Shown here: piece by piece, positions 56,501 through 62,700 of the stretch
Layout of the letters: each line of letters opens with the position of its first letter
Position numbering within the stretch: the first letter of the stretch is position 1
Origin: Chlamydiota bacterium
GTDB lineage: Bacteria; Auribacterota; JACPWU01
Reading direction: 5' to 3'
Assembly: GCA_016178055.1 (NCBI GenBank)
Contig: JACOUC010000036.1
Coordinates: forward strand, 9 to 64,008
DNA: 64,000 nucleotides
Made by a program: the position numbers and the translations under genes
The notes under the pieces: model-generated
The model's database searches: none
What the model was told of the DNA's origin: nothing
The model's input: the letters and a program-made list of their open reading frames with translations, nothing else

Positions 56501-56601
56501 CCTAAAGAGGCGTAAAGGGAGAGGTTGTCCTGAGCCAGAAAGGCCAGAACAACCGTTGAGCTGATAATTTTTTTGAAAAATTTAAAATTAAAAATCCCCA
56601 T
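35563..56601 (-). CDS. Giant multidomain ORF2 (7012 aa). Order: signal/TM, ChaN/TraB-like N-domain, repeated unknown modules, FHA-like segments, three HExxH sites, CPBP-like membrane block, 2x Ser/Thr kinase, 2x PP2C, shared C-terminal domain.
   Basis: Uninterrupted ORF with recognisable catalytic motifs along its whole length. No convincing ORFs on the opposite strand. N-terminus MGIFNFKFFKKIISSTVVLAFLA. Confidence 0.8.
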   Translation of the reverse strand: MGIFNFKFFKKIISSTVVLAFLAQDNLSLYASLGAKEAASISSLENSSSIFIPTELGRVIETYQAPNSSHTVFLFQDIHAHPQAQKNTVDLLEYLAQKYNLKRINIEAASGELSTQRFRSFPDKKILKEVSEEYLNLGQLTGAEFEAINGEKPLQLYGIEDIHLYLKNYHAYRDTVSLRKELKEHIAKLKILMAQFSDYVYTGEVQSFVRELNDYLTYKIDLEHFMGSLMRESEKAKINLENFSEIKPYLATLPFKKNIDLKKIHNEMGKLLIAVNGKASDEEMAKFLEQTLSYRLNEIAPLEFYQTVKRFMELSMPASILEPRASSISNSYPNIQNYMNYLEAVQKVSDALLFEQIQKLAFETLFAECVTEEEKSLCLYSSFINLLDRLTDLSIEKSEYQEYVSKKDKLIPKILKFIQHESGAYTVEEHAEDIHYPLADRLSQIEPYYEATLERDHEMTLRALNRLKESDESFGAVMTGGFHTPALKEALKQAGYSYVVFIPHFNASSADRYESVMMGELTPFEKWVGENLRLEARGSKLEAETKEKKQTEEAENESLPISSSSLQPRASSQKSLMHWLMTNAEGLPEDRAPIIAYELQLISTILKSLYAEFKATDAAVSPQSFGDFVGARLQAMGKSGFSTALEQDRSSPGAILRDFSLDLQNLKFILQGSELLCAIPLEGLPGKNLIINLATFLIDGKTSQVMGLQLSEVEVNIAALEASGPPVAEIIPLSTAQPVGEHQELALGDLTSLSSIDFVMVLQRLQIGLVNGSSPGLGLKKDESDWLKENNIFITSLKDLPGALRSGTDSTSVFFEGSRGKSSTLSFEVDGKLYTVMSLESLKEARALDFDIMKMIRGVALHETKENLAKQSKDSKVQLHAHRVGVVAEYRASQGERIRYEIFSATQRGDWAYLDNLKSAREYKSKIKEYVQQGLPVKYADVLGELAQKIDQWKEEALIRFSQSISLEEGVWKKGEFYRISPDLLSGKILQVKLAGYSEAPITITYDSAKGQFIVVSGESVIQVGDQELRVGSSPFAGSSPKSLNLVIKDSESLISRFHLSLKKDSQGHLIVRHLGKNKSPYSLSSVEKPLSYTQAEVEEIYNRFRVSLQSGNPSIEVSFSPKNRDTELFKNIEIILKKGQGYAAAAEFLREFFKPYHFVFQSRRAYGSILLGRLDSYIPISLGLHPPFRILFVHPDYDNRGNARGFKIPGINDEVYVLLQDSESRRELSSEELERLRLSTGYHEALHNFNALLKKINPHFKLSFADDEYTAYVASLIAIPDEVNVKRFFETELFGYWEEAELAKAQARGRGESTSNTLAVESDDKGGHSKAIHHLFKEFAKKVSARTAIPIVIPKFIDLQGLSRSEQKEKLKAISQKIWLDLGQDSNKIHDIALELMKEFYRDEKGLGYVPDFVEDTSWMRAHELSRVYVRDGKEVGLNKQLPLLEEGDLDSVKKVAAYLAVHYSYSDLEAALRFYQANVAVVTPALKEVINFLNGSYLNIKDKISALKQALTSTATIVEGINGKHDSTVREVVPVSIAFKPSGIFTSMPARSVEGDSAILVPSVEPRRLDIAETVKLEVLGGQTVVERPELESFKQKLRPLPIRPELKDQLVLFVSNCLETRTVHLSVFDRTFQNPLGGLELTQDEIGALMIALSYIPDVGDAILNHMVSHLFNDFLFQKYKKEERGIDREGQNLLSYLQRNFVLGREAEWKSSILYHLVLLHLEARARNIAIEAPIPESFIKEMEEAVSFLPRPMTDAYRTFIAFSGAERGMSSLGVARLAQTVLSLSLNFQLLEQQRTSEPMAVTFFHELCHKLSTGSNREKTPLFSVDRWIRMSKASGFTAYIDDAGSRFTMDQLASLSIEGFRSLQPDGWVRQERGEEVVYVSSDLYEYMNLLNKKDMIQLTGDVFQIDEEIAQFKETKGDDLFGFLEARAIQLRQAGISFSQLREDKEGDRSHWKQNPHEVVAIAGSWYMMNSKELEYLLKNLSRSSELLQKFGVEAETYFRDALGVLKETFFTSTDRKGNLLTYDFDFYKGNIIQRIHQPLPLPLQKLLSSVGNGLSQVTDEGVDERFLAFFKEVQDWDQIRAWVKEFNLSEELQKAFERQRKAVVDTLLMKAEERAHQNYSWIKVHSKIKNFREVRLNSTGSVGMGSDYDLSILNEGSERILMAFDDVWKEAGFQDSSYQVFDANSYGDPLIIDISRQEDSLRRQQALLLETQVAYTAFLIDGGGPSHEMWKSLKEIPSLQDFLAQAEAYYGKVQGQLAAEISNLDPTIPEGLREEEARRRILRRKLERLARFKEENNVVTQENIIPLSMSQRVQLLSLSMEVRLFEKDPHYSTGAIFHVVNQMQKEGERIEFIDMTPLRYLHSMTELLGKFEHQRESYQGDPIQTLMKTAKYMARIRDAGLKAGLSGPGMETLHALAKKALYVKGILKSREAVALELQKWVEPSSGRAPPVLLNKLAGVRGPPGREQQISAEQIAQAMVDLSREIILNIYQGLLPTAMRELQPPTQSRLGLLPRLASVPAVVAPSLGEIPLVGSMRREPFVGYPGDDSALPLSLAASGSVTDKVSPSLVWSGQPILNPVTDQAVEPSLSLKNFPRGHHGGHEGTATALAIQVRQDLCSQGKPSQAFDEVLRHESGEWQIIQIILAALGERDSQLKTQLLALPGVEERFDADERDHPNTDKALILATIIAHQVQSYLEAGQTPEGLTQLSRLKILEMNGTELAGFVESAFKAENIQARINYQNQLSGLINPLLQKYRYPILSIDSIHTYEERFRDEARRELKGRMNWLYPVWNWLRQHGILARRMSGVILSLSLLSSGSLAPALLRVPSINPPNITGGGARKNIWSEGDSLGKEGDGVILIKAQQIQGQRVALRLGKTINLEKTVELPISTQGEVTTETINNEAITCRIFNYDSQNESDVIGQHLKSFTGAYLLPVESSDGQNPVYYIFMDQSLNESERAEALQFEKLKAAWYHKLRWTLPQDLELQAKIPPSFMEKGRPNIIRMAHVLAWGSLIKENSWSIVDNSTFLTRQVNEYVSNVEVSSQDKSAFFSQDRSAHSQLRKLFFDGKDGEIFVFDWFETSLKVYGEVLLKGESFRPTYTQPQAEGIYSMLLKFFQGKLQADGGEYQTWISDMKRKNPKLVESVGAVLQKSWNYTQAAEFLRQFFKPYHLVFYAHPSDIVLLGRLDSYIPIHLEPYSEFRVAFVRPDYTNKDNYRCFAPSKQDEVYVLLKEGRDERLTLSTVYHEAIHKLNELADLLNKGLSRPNDEYTAYLGSLAAIPDEINVMRFFETELFEYWKKVEEVKEQVRQQGGLDTGTMAIPQIEKGHAQAIHHLFKEFAKKLSSPTGTQIIIPEPEAMRNLDREKQKEKLLAVSGQIWEAAGRDSKKIREIALELLKEFYKREFKEIPVFIEDTAWMSAHESGRTYIRNGQEVSEAALSLRERFLIKPSKTFWGRILITWVAPILETGLFWSLVHGSVDYFSLQAPLALTAFFVSGFLFSAGHVIVLWMIDRYRLPSDQRYRNFGDAFKREFLNYFVVYVYFSIFYLGIYDVAIFIFSAPVAPLVSASIGLALIHSIYNRLILRAREGRLPSWVPRGVSDFLKILPLASMAALAPPRNSPSARGQDSVEAALQTQDDAKACELLWNNLLKDPTQFQSTYTRLIGLVQRHDQVVREALERGDKSSAMQLSESLKKFWEKTPGITIKQKSSDRDKSLDLLHECMLDYTRASVSFLEGLREFELNQTGFAIAKFQRAFNITQGRLSPNATLDSTLRPIFEKTFNDIMKGFENVAQRAYERRNHFDYDRVVSIVGPERTRQMKQKLFPFLKDSAPENWMASFPEQNLPPLGEKYKILGLLVSSSIAKVFEVELVKPLESDEPKGSYSAGTRCVVKVPLDQEPAMSQGQARNREMEMQEAVVKISEGENIVPRVLEKSSYRDPTTGGTRHYFAMEYGSGKQLKDFIQRFRAKETLEEADIQRMLLCFRRILLAVQKVHQANIVHLDLKPENIIYDEETGRITLLDFGISVSVNEEIHRIVGTLGYMAPEIVDIDQISESAPGYRVRFSSDLFSLGTLFLEALTGKNPFGAEAFLDEGQKRQVLTNTVAVDFFEKNPHHPRLLNLPSPWVDWLRKLLEKDPQQRTQTIDQAIDDFDVIASTGLEEINLTDLESQDILLTWTGSSPDLGNSVVVKVSLEDGNFNFSRIGSNDEEVSLGSRATDILEEKILLGSLGPHTNTRNIRLPSVNGGTPIGRVSLRVSDGKLFIGYREGLTISYEDKPGQLSLEEEEIGIEVKREPGVYSMATLAANAHMGRNEDSYFRIVLKDEMIVGGVFDGMGGAAGGEVASTIARVVVSEYLKQKISNASEEQIPSILGEAYQKAQLAIELVASLPRPLFEDEFLDSFLEKVLNLLPGRLKFSFDVSEIRGVMKSHFAAYSIENLLSNAVLGYLKSVYGQDVDKQYNFLTLKDSVLNDWKRFFTIEVGKQFSNTFLNLKQDDAKKLIGNFVKEMNRKMDRAINENQSIEAFWKAFFPLSNMGTAGGTSIIVPQSDGTSNIYVINVGDTGFYLKEPGKKLRVMTIDNYIPSEEQRNRSISLDEADKARKNTPQLFLASVLSLRDCDRCENLLPSNLQGNPKEVFENRNALGTSLTPGMKCIPVIVKAEGVKAGTRLIGVCDGLRDNLPDETPGGSIHDSIDKIMDETAPGEAPLLLIQKSREVRDTSANKGSTHPLRGRAKDDDMTGYEEVIQPSKFAPLAVQPSAQRKVLELKDLPLENTPLGEVKTAKDQPGPLLRFPMSVLEKKDLILRVPGARSEESIEVRVSLQLDGGVALSFEGKGISSTSLCKWNKDHLTAGQILGRDDKTLLRLFQALSEKHVRIQRVEDDLEVEHLGSRTSFRGEEKPPTPFVESAVKVEAEKWINELKSGDSLPVGPGNFSNRTLVLGVKGLVKKLGAPESFDKEILHIDYRSGQFVLSLPKKGDKIFAPGRQPGVENFILEQGKVVTVGSRAKKTAESDLLLPDDTNARKISTPQFSLNLSQDGQTLIITQIGQTFPTQYRWEALVSASGVTPIFQSHTIGENKDIQLSDLTTLTDTQFVEQLEGMQEEMRKACSKFGLDAQSLETVTAGDPTHHILFTTLNGLPGRISSQDLHYFTDSTGKSRSSSISFVVNGQLYTVISVDYLKDKPDESLDVQKTARGIVVHERSEYQELIERMGEAQVDTIAALPESLRREAHQTGVRTEFAQTHGERIHWDILLAAKTGNIQYLQSLKPASQLKLPTGAKDLEGLANQVDEWKIEALLSYHSTNPLVSPLLPEVRNNLESLQRGGASLESQLHLANAYIALIAGLENLNSVQTPRTLDSFEQSCEFILQTLTTSPKTVILNFDAFTAAFTGSLNTMLTRLEKWEITKDIKRIASFSESFLNGLDKNIYKSRITDHKNIIASIDLSIGEAQDAIRKLEGKQLSEYPYMGSRLENRYDIVGYLAQGGMGRIWIAEDENGRRVLIKEALDQDKLPFFKREAELQAKIHRKDVAAIYDFGEGTFVSGVEKKEKKSFFIAMEWVEGVTFDDWVKDFPSSGAFSVDDMIKLARVSLNFLNSLQGVQDGDVNHHDVKEDNVIVDPITLQTQLIDFGLARSKTDDLSKDGGQVSGSSSYLSPEKLLTQMFQQHLEPVDVSDPDPLRRSDLYGMAVMIFHVLSHGKDPFSDQDIQEEEISWINANQFLKGVHGGLRVLVQQYPAFRKTVNVFLRKLFAQPNLNILEDNRPLGRGEGEMWKLWIEWVKKGLHNELAANRSSVVVDGETQKVLNPAKNRMDFEEAREKLLEIISLGEKLKAEESSMASFLSAGGDMSFTGQGEWGLMGMEGWDTETSGGSGSFNSHVVGNHPDIQLSDVTSLSVTDFVNRIKTTQTNTRDQCAQWGLDLEEIDQTALAQNVQVLYVRLSDLREMPGGDRQRDSHYLTNIIGARSPSISFVANNQLYTLITVDYLEPSGELDTDIDRVVSGIVTHEGSEYQRLLELMKKVGVSRIDQLSIDLRQQAHRVGVAAEYRASKGERIHHDLLLARKRSDQKYLQGLAPSEKLILEIRNDPNISHNDQASLESLAQDVDRWRVEATVFSHLTKASSAHPDRNEDNRFAMVLRNGWRVSGVLDGVGGRPGGQVASTLAKIVISSILSEELEEASDEDQVYTILARSFKRAHSVIEKMSQVPNPYMILEEVPESMIESYLDNIISRVLRIPLSAHDRNQIKRVLRKSFSSEPSIFTPEWVEEMKRGSTTQGDVESLRKHFRDNQRGILEAFDAVSRSEARINELESFFYGKDWNIFLKLFPINRMGTTAAVSLVIPKKDGTYMVYTINAGDSRVYLRRPKTKLLPLTIDNYPVTTSSSLLIYDARRAKKIRLIWTLQPFYSTVEQEGDFEKWEHLIPSDFNRYTPEQLWQRRNRVVNSLIANHLYFPIVVVAEEVPSGSWLLEMTDGISDPLSDSQMGRVISRVPVRDVPRVLVEQAEGIDILDDRTQPNLNIRSKGSDDKTVQVQSLMDPLAIAPAMPSSITSRTIGSGHFSEENAQDIYEQVKHRQSGPDGYVERLKNSLSVRGMALTDAQIKEWFTDRNIIFASRNDSPDRGRHPYYFTTTDADGVVSTASSVTVDVDGVRWSVIPIEYLIEAATVTLFDGRIHFKDVVDDIFNHEDREFGLKKSSTSSLEPRASSLNAHRSGVAAEAGWRLQLEMKLASGEELNGLEPSSTFKSKIDQYEMTDAEKLSLKTKSEQIDRWKDEELKNIRVLPNHLRVATKAFLNLFVNSRESFGKGKGVVDFDLANLVDAKGVKRPEADFYIEILKEAAQKMKNNKGFKIVLMNHDQIKKDSLKSALGPEFDSLLSITGEENNRSVLLLTPESKDLAGEALFNFIKAELAKPGYGLEALEKKDFQFIVHMEHRSLYEGLISKDLNIILLSNDEINIQVDSVSPEVLEMIGKIDPNLAQQFRENKTIHIERKNLSDEITRNNLKAISELAAAAA
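35566..36210 (-). other. ORF2 block: C-terminal domain shared with ORF3
   Basis: VVDFDLANLVDAKGVKRPEADFYIEILKEAAQKMKNNKGFKIVLMNHD aligns with LLLIDLSTLVDGNNIARPGAEASIAVLVKAAAQMRQSQGQMKIVLVDHE of ORF3 (56705..57337). Confidence 0.6.
36486..36515. repeat. In-frame (GCTCGAG)x4 tract
   Basis: GGCTCGAGGCTCGAGGCTCGAGGCTCGAGG, translated as SSLEPRASSL. Confidence 0.85.
37130..38255 (-). other. ORF2 block: PP2C phosphatase domain B
   Basis: HPDRNEDNRF...VLDGVGGRPGGQVAS...INAGDSRVYL...TDGISD. Confidence 0.75.
39340..40165 (-). other. ORF2 block: Ser/Thr protein kinase domain B
   Basis: LAQGGMGRIW, VLIKE, HHDVKEDNVIV, IDFGLA. Confidence 0.8.
42490..43695 (-). other. ORF2 block: PP2C phosphatase domain A (with a large internal insertion)
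   Basis: GRNEDSYF...VFDGMGGAAGGEVAS...INVGDTGFYL...CDGLRDN. Confidence 0.7.
44125..45030 (-). other. ORF2 block: Ser/Thr protein kinase domain A
   Basis: CVVKVP, HLDLKPENIIY (~44560..44583), LLDFGIS, GTLGYMAPE. The Gly-rich loop is degenerate (LVSSSIAKVF). Confidence 0.8.
45820..46235 (-). other. ORF2 block: CPBP/CAAX-protease-like membrane region
   Basis: Several TM helices with APILETGLFW, FSAGHV and LIHSIYN. These resemble the CPBP motifs EExxxR, FxxxH and HxxxN, though the first is degenerate. Confidence 0.4.
46545..47105 (-). other. ORF2 block: HExxH module, copy 2
   Basis: HEAIH at 46828..46842. Paralogous to 52565..53175 over ~190 aa (AEFLRQFFKPYH...GRLDSYIPI...DEYTAY...RFFETELF.YW...AIHHLFKEFAKK). 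Confidence 0.55.
52565..53175 (-). other. ORF2 block: HExxH module, copy 1
   Basis: HEALH at 52858..52872. A third site, HELCH, lies at 51154..51168 in a different context. Confidence 0.55.
54885..55004. repeat. In-frame palindromic (GCTCGAG)n hairpin element, long-loop variant
   Basis: Arms 54885..54914 and 54974..55004. Translated as LEARGSKLEAETKEKKQTEEAENESLPISSSSLQPRASS. Confidence 0.85.
55085..56460 (-). other. ORF2 block: N-terminal ChaN/TraB/Tiki-like domain
   Basis: LFQDIHAHPQAQ ... MTGGFHTPAL. Homologous to ORF1 and ORF3. Confidence 0.4.
55621..55650. repeat. In-frame (GCTCGAG)x3 tract
   Basis: GCTCGAGGCTCGAGGCTCGAGGATCGAAGC, translated as ILEPRASSI. Confidence 0.85.
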
Positions 56602-56701
56602 AATCCTTCTCTTGAGAAAAGCATAACTTTTCTCTCCGTTTGATAAAGTAAACTTCTCGACTCTCTCTCGATAAACTCAAGATCACTCGAAGAATAAAAG
56701 A

Positions 56702-59700
56702 CTACGCCTTTACCGCAGCCAAGTCATACATCTGACGCGTTGCTTTATATTTTTCCTCGTCTAATTCTTCTTTCTTAAGATGCACGCTATAGGTCTTCAC
56801 TCCTTGTCCCACCTCTTTTGCCTTAAACCGTTTTGCAAGCTCTGCATTCATTGCGCTCAATTTATCAAACATCGTTTGATCAAGCTGGATATCAATCGCA
56901 TCGCCCAGTATGAGTTGATTCAAAATTTTCGAGTAAATAGATTGATGGCTGGGGTCGATCACAACCTGAATATTTTGAACTTGTAATCCCATTAAACCCT
57001 TCGCCTCAGCCGCTTTTATAATATAATTTTCCATATTTTCAGGGCTTGCCTCTTCTCGAGTGGGTGCCTGCTCAAAAATAATTCCTTCATTTCTAAATCT
57101 CAACAAAACTTCGGCTCCAGGAATTTTCTTATCAACCAATGCCTGAAGGCCACCGATCTTACCTTCATGGTCAACCAATACTATTTTCATTTGGCCTTGA
57201 CTCTGACGCATCTGGGCCGCTGCTTTTACTAAAACTGCAATTGAAGCCTCAGCCCCAGGACGAGCGATATTATTACCATCCACAAGAGTCGAAAGATCGA
57301 TCAGCAAAAGCGCCGGAGCTCTATCCAGTGCCTCTGGTCTGTCCATAAAAAGTCCACGAACAACTCCCTCAAGCGCTTCAGCCTTAGACGCTTCAAAACG
57401 ATTCGCAGATGTTTTCCGGATTGACTTCTGAAGCAATGCAAATTGTTTAACCGAGGTCTCAAATTTTTCAATTTGGAATATGACATTATCCGGAGACTTT
57501 CCTAAGGCTGTTAATATCAAGGGTAAATATTGCTTAATAAATTCTCTCTGCTCAGCACGATCATCTCCAATCACAGCTTGAAGGGCATCTAGATCCATTT
57601 CTCGAATTTCATTCCAGAGAAATTCTACTTGAGTAATATCAGTCCAACCATTTTCAATGATTTGAAGGGCCCAGGCCAATATATGACTGACACGAGCAAG
57701 ATCTGGTAACTCCCCCAACCCCTCTTGAACCAAGAGGGGAGTCCCTCCTACTGAAGTCTCTCCCCTTTCTTTTAAGGGGGAGCTGGAGAGGTTACTCTCC
57801 ATCCAATTTTTAATAAATATTTCCATCTTTTCATGCTGAAGAGCAATTTTTTTATCTTGGGCATTCCTAGAAATAAATATATAGAGCTTGCCATCATTCC
57901 CATAGCAGTGATAGGCCCCGCCGACCGTCTTTAAAATATCTTTTAAACCTGGAAACAATTTTTCCAGATGAGGATCATTTTCATCATAGTTCACTTCCTG
58001 ATACGTTGTAACCCCTCTAACTCCCCTTAAACTAAGGGGAGAGCCCGTCTCCCTTCCCGATTCAAGAGTAGCCATCTCCCCTCTTGGTTCAAGAGGGGTT
58101 GGGCGAGTTACGTTCTTTAACTTACTTAAATAAGGGTCGCCATCATCAATTGTCACCGTCCGACTCTTACTAATTTTTTTTAGATTTACTGCAAATTCAA
58201 TCATCTTTAATTCCTTATCACGACTCAAACTCACTTGATGATGCACCAATTTCTTACGAGCTCCGCCGCTTCCTGGCGTACCAGAGCCCGGAGGTGTTTT
58301 GGAGCCTGAAATTCGGGCGAGCCATCGGACGAAGGGAGATTGCGCAAACGCTTCAACCTTAAGCCAAGAAATTCCTGCCAATGTTGTATAAATTAGACTT
58401 TTTCGAAAGGTTAATTCCTCTAATGCCCTTTCCCTGAACCTTGATTCATAAGCGTTTAACTCGTCCATATTAATCTGCATAGTTCGCATAGGTTCTGGCA
58501 TGCGCCTATTTAAAGTTTCTATGACCCGATGCTGAAGAGATGCCCGCATTTCAGACGTTTCTGCTTCAACTCTTTCGAGAAATGCAGTGTCTTTCTCCCT
58601 CATTTTTCTTTCATGAAGTAGTGTCAACCCTTGTTTTCCATATTTGATGACCTCTAAAGCCGCCGCCCCTATGTGAGCTGCAAGGACAGCGATGCTATAT
58701 TCACGAGTTTCTCCACTATATCTTGCTCTACGCTGGACAAGTCTCTCTTCTAAAATAGGCTCTAGTTCATCTATCAAATCTGGATTGCTTATAATCCACT
58801 GCATCAAGTGCCATTCTGAAATTTCATGAACACCCACTTCGTCACGTTCTTCCATTTTAAGGTTTCGACTCATCCAAATTTCAACACGATTCCTTTCAGC
58901 AACTTTAATCACCGCATCATTTCCTTGAAGTTTATCAGCAGGCACCAAATAACAGCTTAGTTCGGCATCTTCACCCAAAAAGTTTTTAATCTGTTTATAA
59001 GGAAAAGATGGAATTAAAAATGACTCGTACTTATTTGACTCTGCCGGCTCATGAAGTGAGGGAAGACCCATCTCACCCTGAGAAGAACGGCTTTGATCGG
59101 CCCTTTGACCCGTAGAAGTAGTTGTAGAAACTGCATGAGCAAGCGTACCAAAAGCACCCGCCACCTCTGGAGCCAAAACATCATCAACGATTTCGATGTC
59201 AGGTGAAATTTCCTCTGGTAAAACAATGTCTAATTGATCTAGGGCCTCTGAAGTCGACATTCTCTGTGTAACGTCCTTCGCGAGAAGTCCTCTGAAAAAA
59301 GTTTGAAGATCGGAATTCAATTTTGAAAAAGCTGCTTCATATTGTCCATCAAAGGGATCGACATTTGTCACCTTTTCACGCCCTTTTACTGCACGACCTT
59401 GCCCCGTGGGCACTTCTCTATCCATGACTCGAAAGGGACTTGTGTTTAAAAGGGACATATATAAAATAACCCCCAGTGCAAAAAGATCACTTTTAAAACT
59501 GAAATTGCCATCATAAGTTTCTGGAGACATATAGGTAAGAGAGCCAATAATGAATCCGGATCGAACCTTTATTTCAGGAGAACCCGCAGCCCCAAAATCG
59601 ATCAGGGTCATTTTGTTTGTTTTAGGATTATAAAAGAAGTTTGCAGGCTTAAGGTCTCGATGGACTAAATTTAGGCCATGAACTTCTTCCAAGGTTTTCA

Positions 59701-62700
59701 GCAGCTCTTTAAAAGCCGTCAAAATATTATTCTGAAATGTTTCATATGTTAACTCTCCACTCACCAGTTGAGTTCGAAGGTTATGAACATATTGATCCCA
59801 TCTGATTGTCCCTTCTTCTTGAGTTACATCATCCATTGCAATGAATGAATCCCCATTTTCTAGAACACCAAACTCACGAACCGCAGGGTCTGGATTGTTT
59901 GGAAGGTCATGTACTTGTTTCTGAATTTGAGCTTCTCTTTCAGGGGTTGGGAGATAATGATAATCATCCTCTGGGCGAGGCGAAATAATTTTTAAAGCTA
60001 CGTGCTCGTTAGCATTTGTATCCAGAGCTCTAAAAACAGAACCTTGACCTCCTTCACCTAACTTCTCCAAAATCTGATAGTGACCCATGACTGTTCCAAT
60101 CTCATAAACATGTCTAGGTGTAGAAGGTGAAGCAGAGGGCGACAATCCACTCTCCCCTTCAGGAGCAGGTTCTTCTAGCAAGGCTTCGACTGGGACTTCA
60201 GGTCTAGCTAAAAAAGAGGAAGCCTCTGCCTCAGCCAAAATAACCGGTGTTATTCTCTCTAACTCATTCAAAGCCTGAGCGGCATTTTTGAATCTTTGAC
60301 TCACATGCTGATCTAGAATTTGTCTTATATAAGACATCAAGGGAGGAGAAATAGAAGCAATATCTTGTCCCTGAAACGCATCATTACCCAATTTCTTCGT
60401 TGCAATCACAACTTCTACATCTCCTGGAGCAATGCCAAAGGGAAAAGAAGCAGCGATCATATTAAAAAAGATTACGCCAGCAGAATACAAATCTGATTGA
60501 ACCGTTCGTCTTGTCTCAGGAGCTGCGTATAAGAAAGAAAGCTGCTGAAGGGCTTGTTCTTCTTCCGTCTCACTTGTTGAAGAACCAAAATCAAGGAAGG
60601 TGATTTGATGCTTAGAGGCATTGTAGCGTATATTTTCAGGTTTAAGGTCATTGTGTAATATCCCCCGAGCATGAAGTTCACCCAAAGCAGTCAGTAAAGC
60701 TTTAAAAAACGTTAGCATCTCTTGCATGTATACATCTCTTGAAAGAGTTCCTTCATCCATCCCATCTTGTAAGCGTACAATATAATCCTGAAGATCTTCA
60801 TCTTGATTAAAGTCCATCACAAGAAAATGACGTTGGCTCCCCTGATCATAACCATATCCATAAACTGAGGGGGCAGGTCCTCCATCGCGGGATGCAGATA
60901 ACTGACGTTGATATTCTTGCTCAATTTTTCTTTCGGCATCCTCAGCTCCCTCTTTCATCCACTTAATAGCACGTACATTGCCATCAACATCCTTAGCCTC
61001 CCAGGTTTCTGCAGTCGTTCCTTCACCTAATTTATTTACTAAGCGATAGCGACCATCAATAATCGTTGCCCCCTGACGATTCCATTGACTTAACACTTCA
61101 AAAGCTTGGACTTCAGCATTCAAAGCTTCTAAGGCATCATTGATATTCCAATAAAGCTCATCCAGTTGTTTTCTATCTTCCGCCGAAAGTTGAGCCAAAG
61201 CATCTCTTGCACTAACAAAATCATTCACTAAATTTGCTTCGCTCAGATTTAACGACGTCACCTCATCAGGTGAGGCAGAAGATAAATCTTCCCTCCATCC
61301 CTCAACTTGATTCATTGCCTCAGCAATACGATTCCGTAGAGAAAGCATTTGAGACCGAAGCGTCTCTTCTCCTTCAGACCCAGCCAATTCAGGAGACGGA
61401 GCTTCTTCTCCTCCACCAGCCAATTGAAATTCATCTAAAGAAGCGCTGTTAAAATCAATTCTCAAAACGGGCAGAAGATGATCATAAGTATGCTGATCTG
61501 GCGAAGACAAAACCTGCTTCAAAATTGCCTTTCGTTGCTGGTGAATTCCTGTTTCTAATACAGGATCATTTAATTGGTTTAAAATAGATCTCAAGTCCTG
61601 ATCACTTTCAAGAAGTCCTAAAAATTCGACATATCGCTCATCGATTCTTTTCAAGGAGGCCCCGCTCCCTTTCGGAAGTTTCCGAGCTCGATCAAGGAGA
61701 CAATCCATCCAAAAGGCTGAAACAGCATGAGGAGTAAGCGTCTCCACAAAAGTATTCCCTAAAACGCCACGAGCAAGAACCTGTAAGGGTGCTTTAAAAG
61801 GTTTCATTCCCTTTTCACTGTAAGGTCTAAATCGAAAAATGAGGGGCTCCCCTTTTATTAATCCAAATACAAGCCGGGCCCCTTCTTCATCCAAAGCACT
61901 ATATAAAATTTTAATCCCTTCACGATCTCTATCTTTTAACCACTGCGCTAATTCAGGATTTTTCTCTCTCCGCTTACGCGCATAAGCAAGCGTTGCTGCC
62001 GTCAGAGCAAATTCAGCCTTAAAATCATCTCCCACTTGCGTTTTTCTTCTGGGATCCGTGCTGATAAATCCAATGCCATCCTCTAGAGCAAGCATTTCTC
62101 CAATCCCCTTTAGATCTTCAGCCGTCAACGCATATTCTGGATCGCCCATTCTCTTCAGATAAAGCTGATAAGCCTCTTCAATAGAGTCCCTCGGAATCAC
62201 AGGAGAAATCACATGATAGGAAATATTTTTTTGTTGAAAGAATTTTTCCAAACCAGGGGTATGATAACCCCCAACCATCAGAACAGCACTCTTAACATTT
62301 TTTTCAGAAAACGAAGCCATGAAATTTTTGGCGATTTCTCCATCGCGAGATTTAATAGTTTTGTAATATTGCTCATACAATGGAAAATATTTTTTCAATG
62401 GAGCACTATCTTCGCCCATAAACTGCTGAATTTTATCCCAGCCCAAACGCTCAATCGTTTCCTCAACAAGCGTTAAGTCATCTTCACGACCTCTTAATTC
62501 CGCCATTCTTTTAAGGGCATAGAGCCATTCAAAAATAATTGCGGATTTATCAGAAATAAAACTCAGTTTAAGATTCTCTTCAATCTCACGAATTTCTTCC
62601 ATCAATTGATTGTCATTAATTTCAGTTCTAAACTGATAGGCCTGAATCGAACGGTCAATATTAGGGTAATCTTTTAGATTAATTTCTGAGCGCTTAGAGA

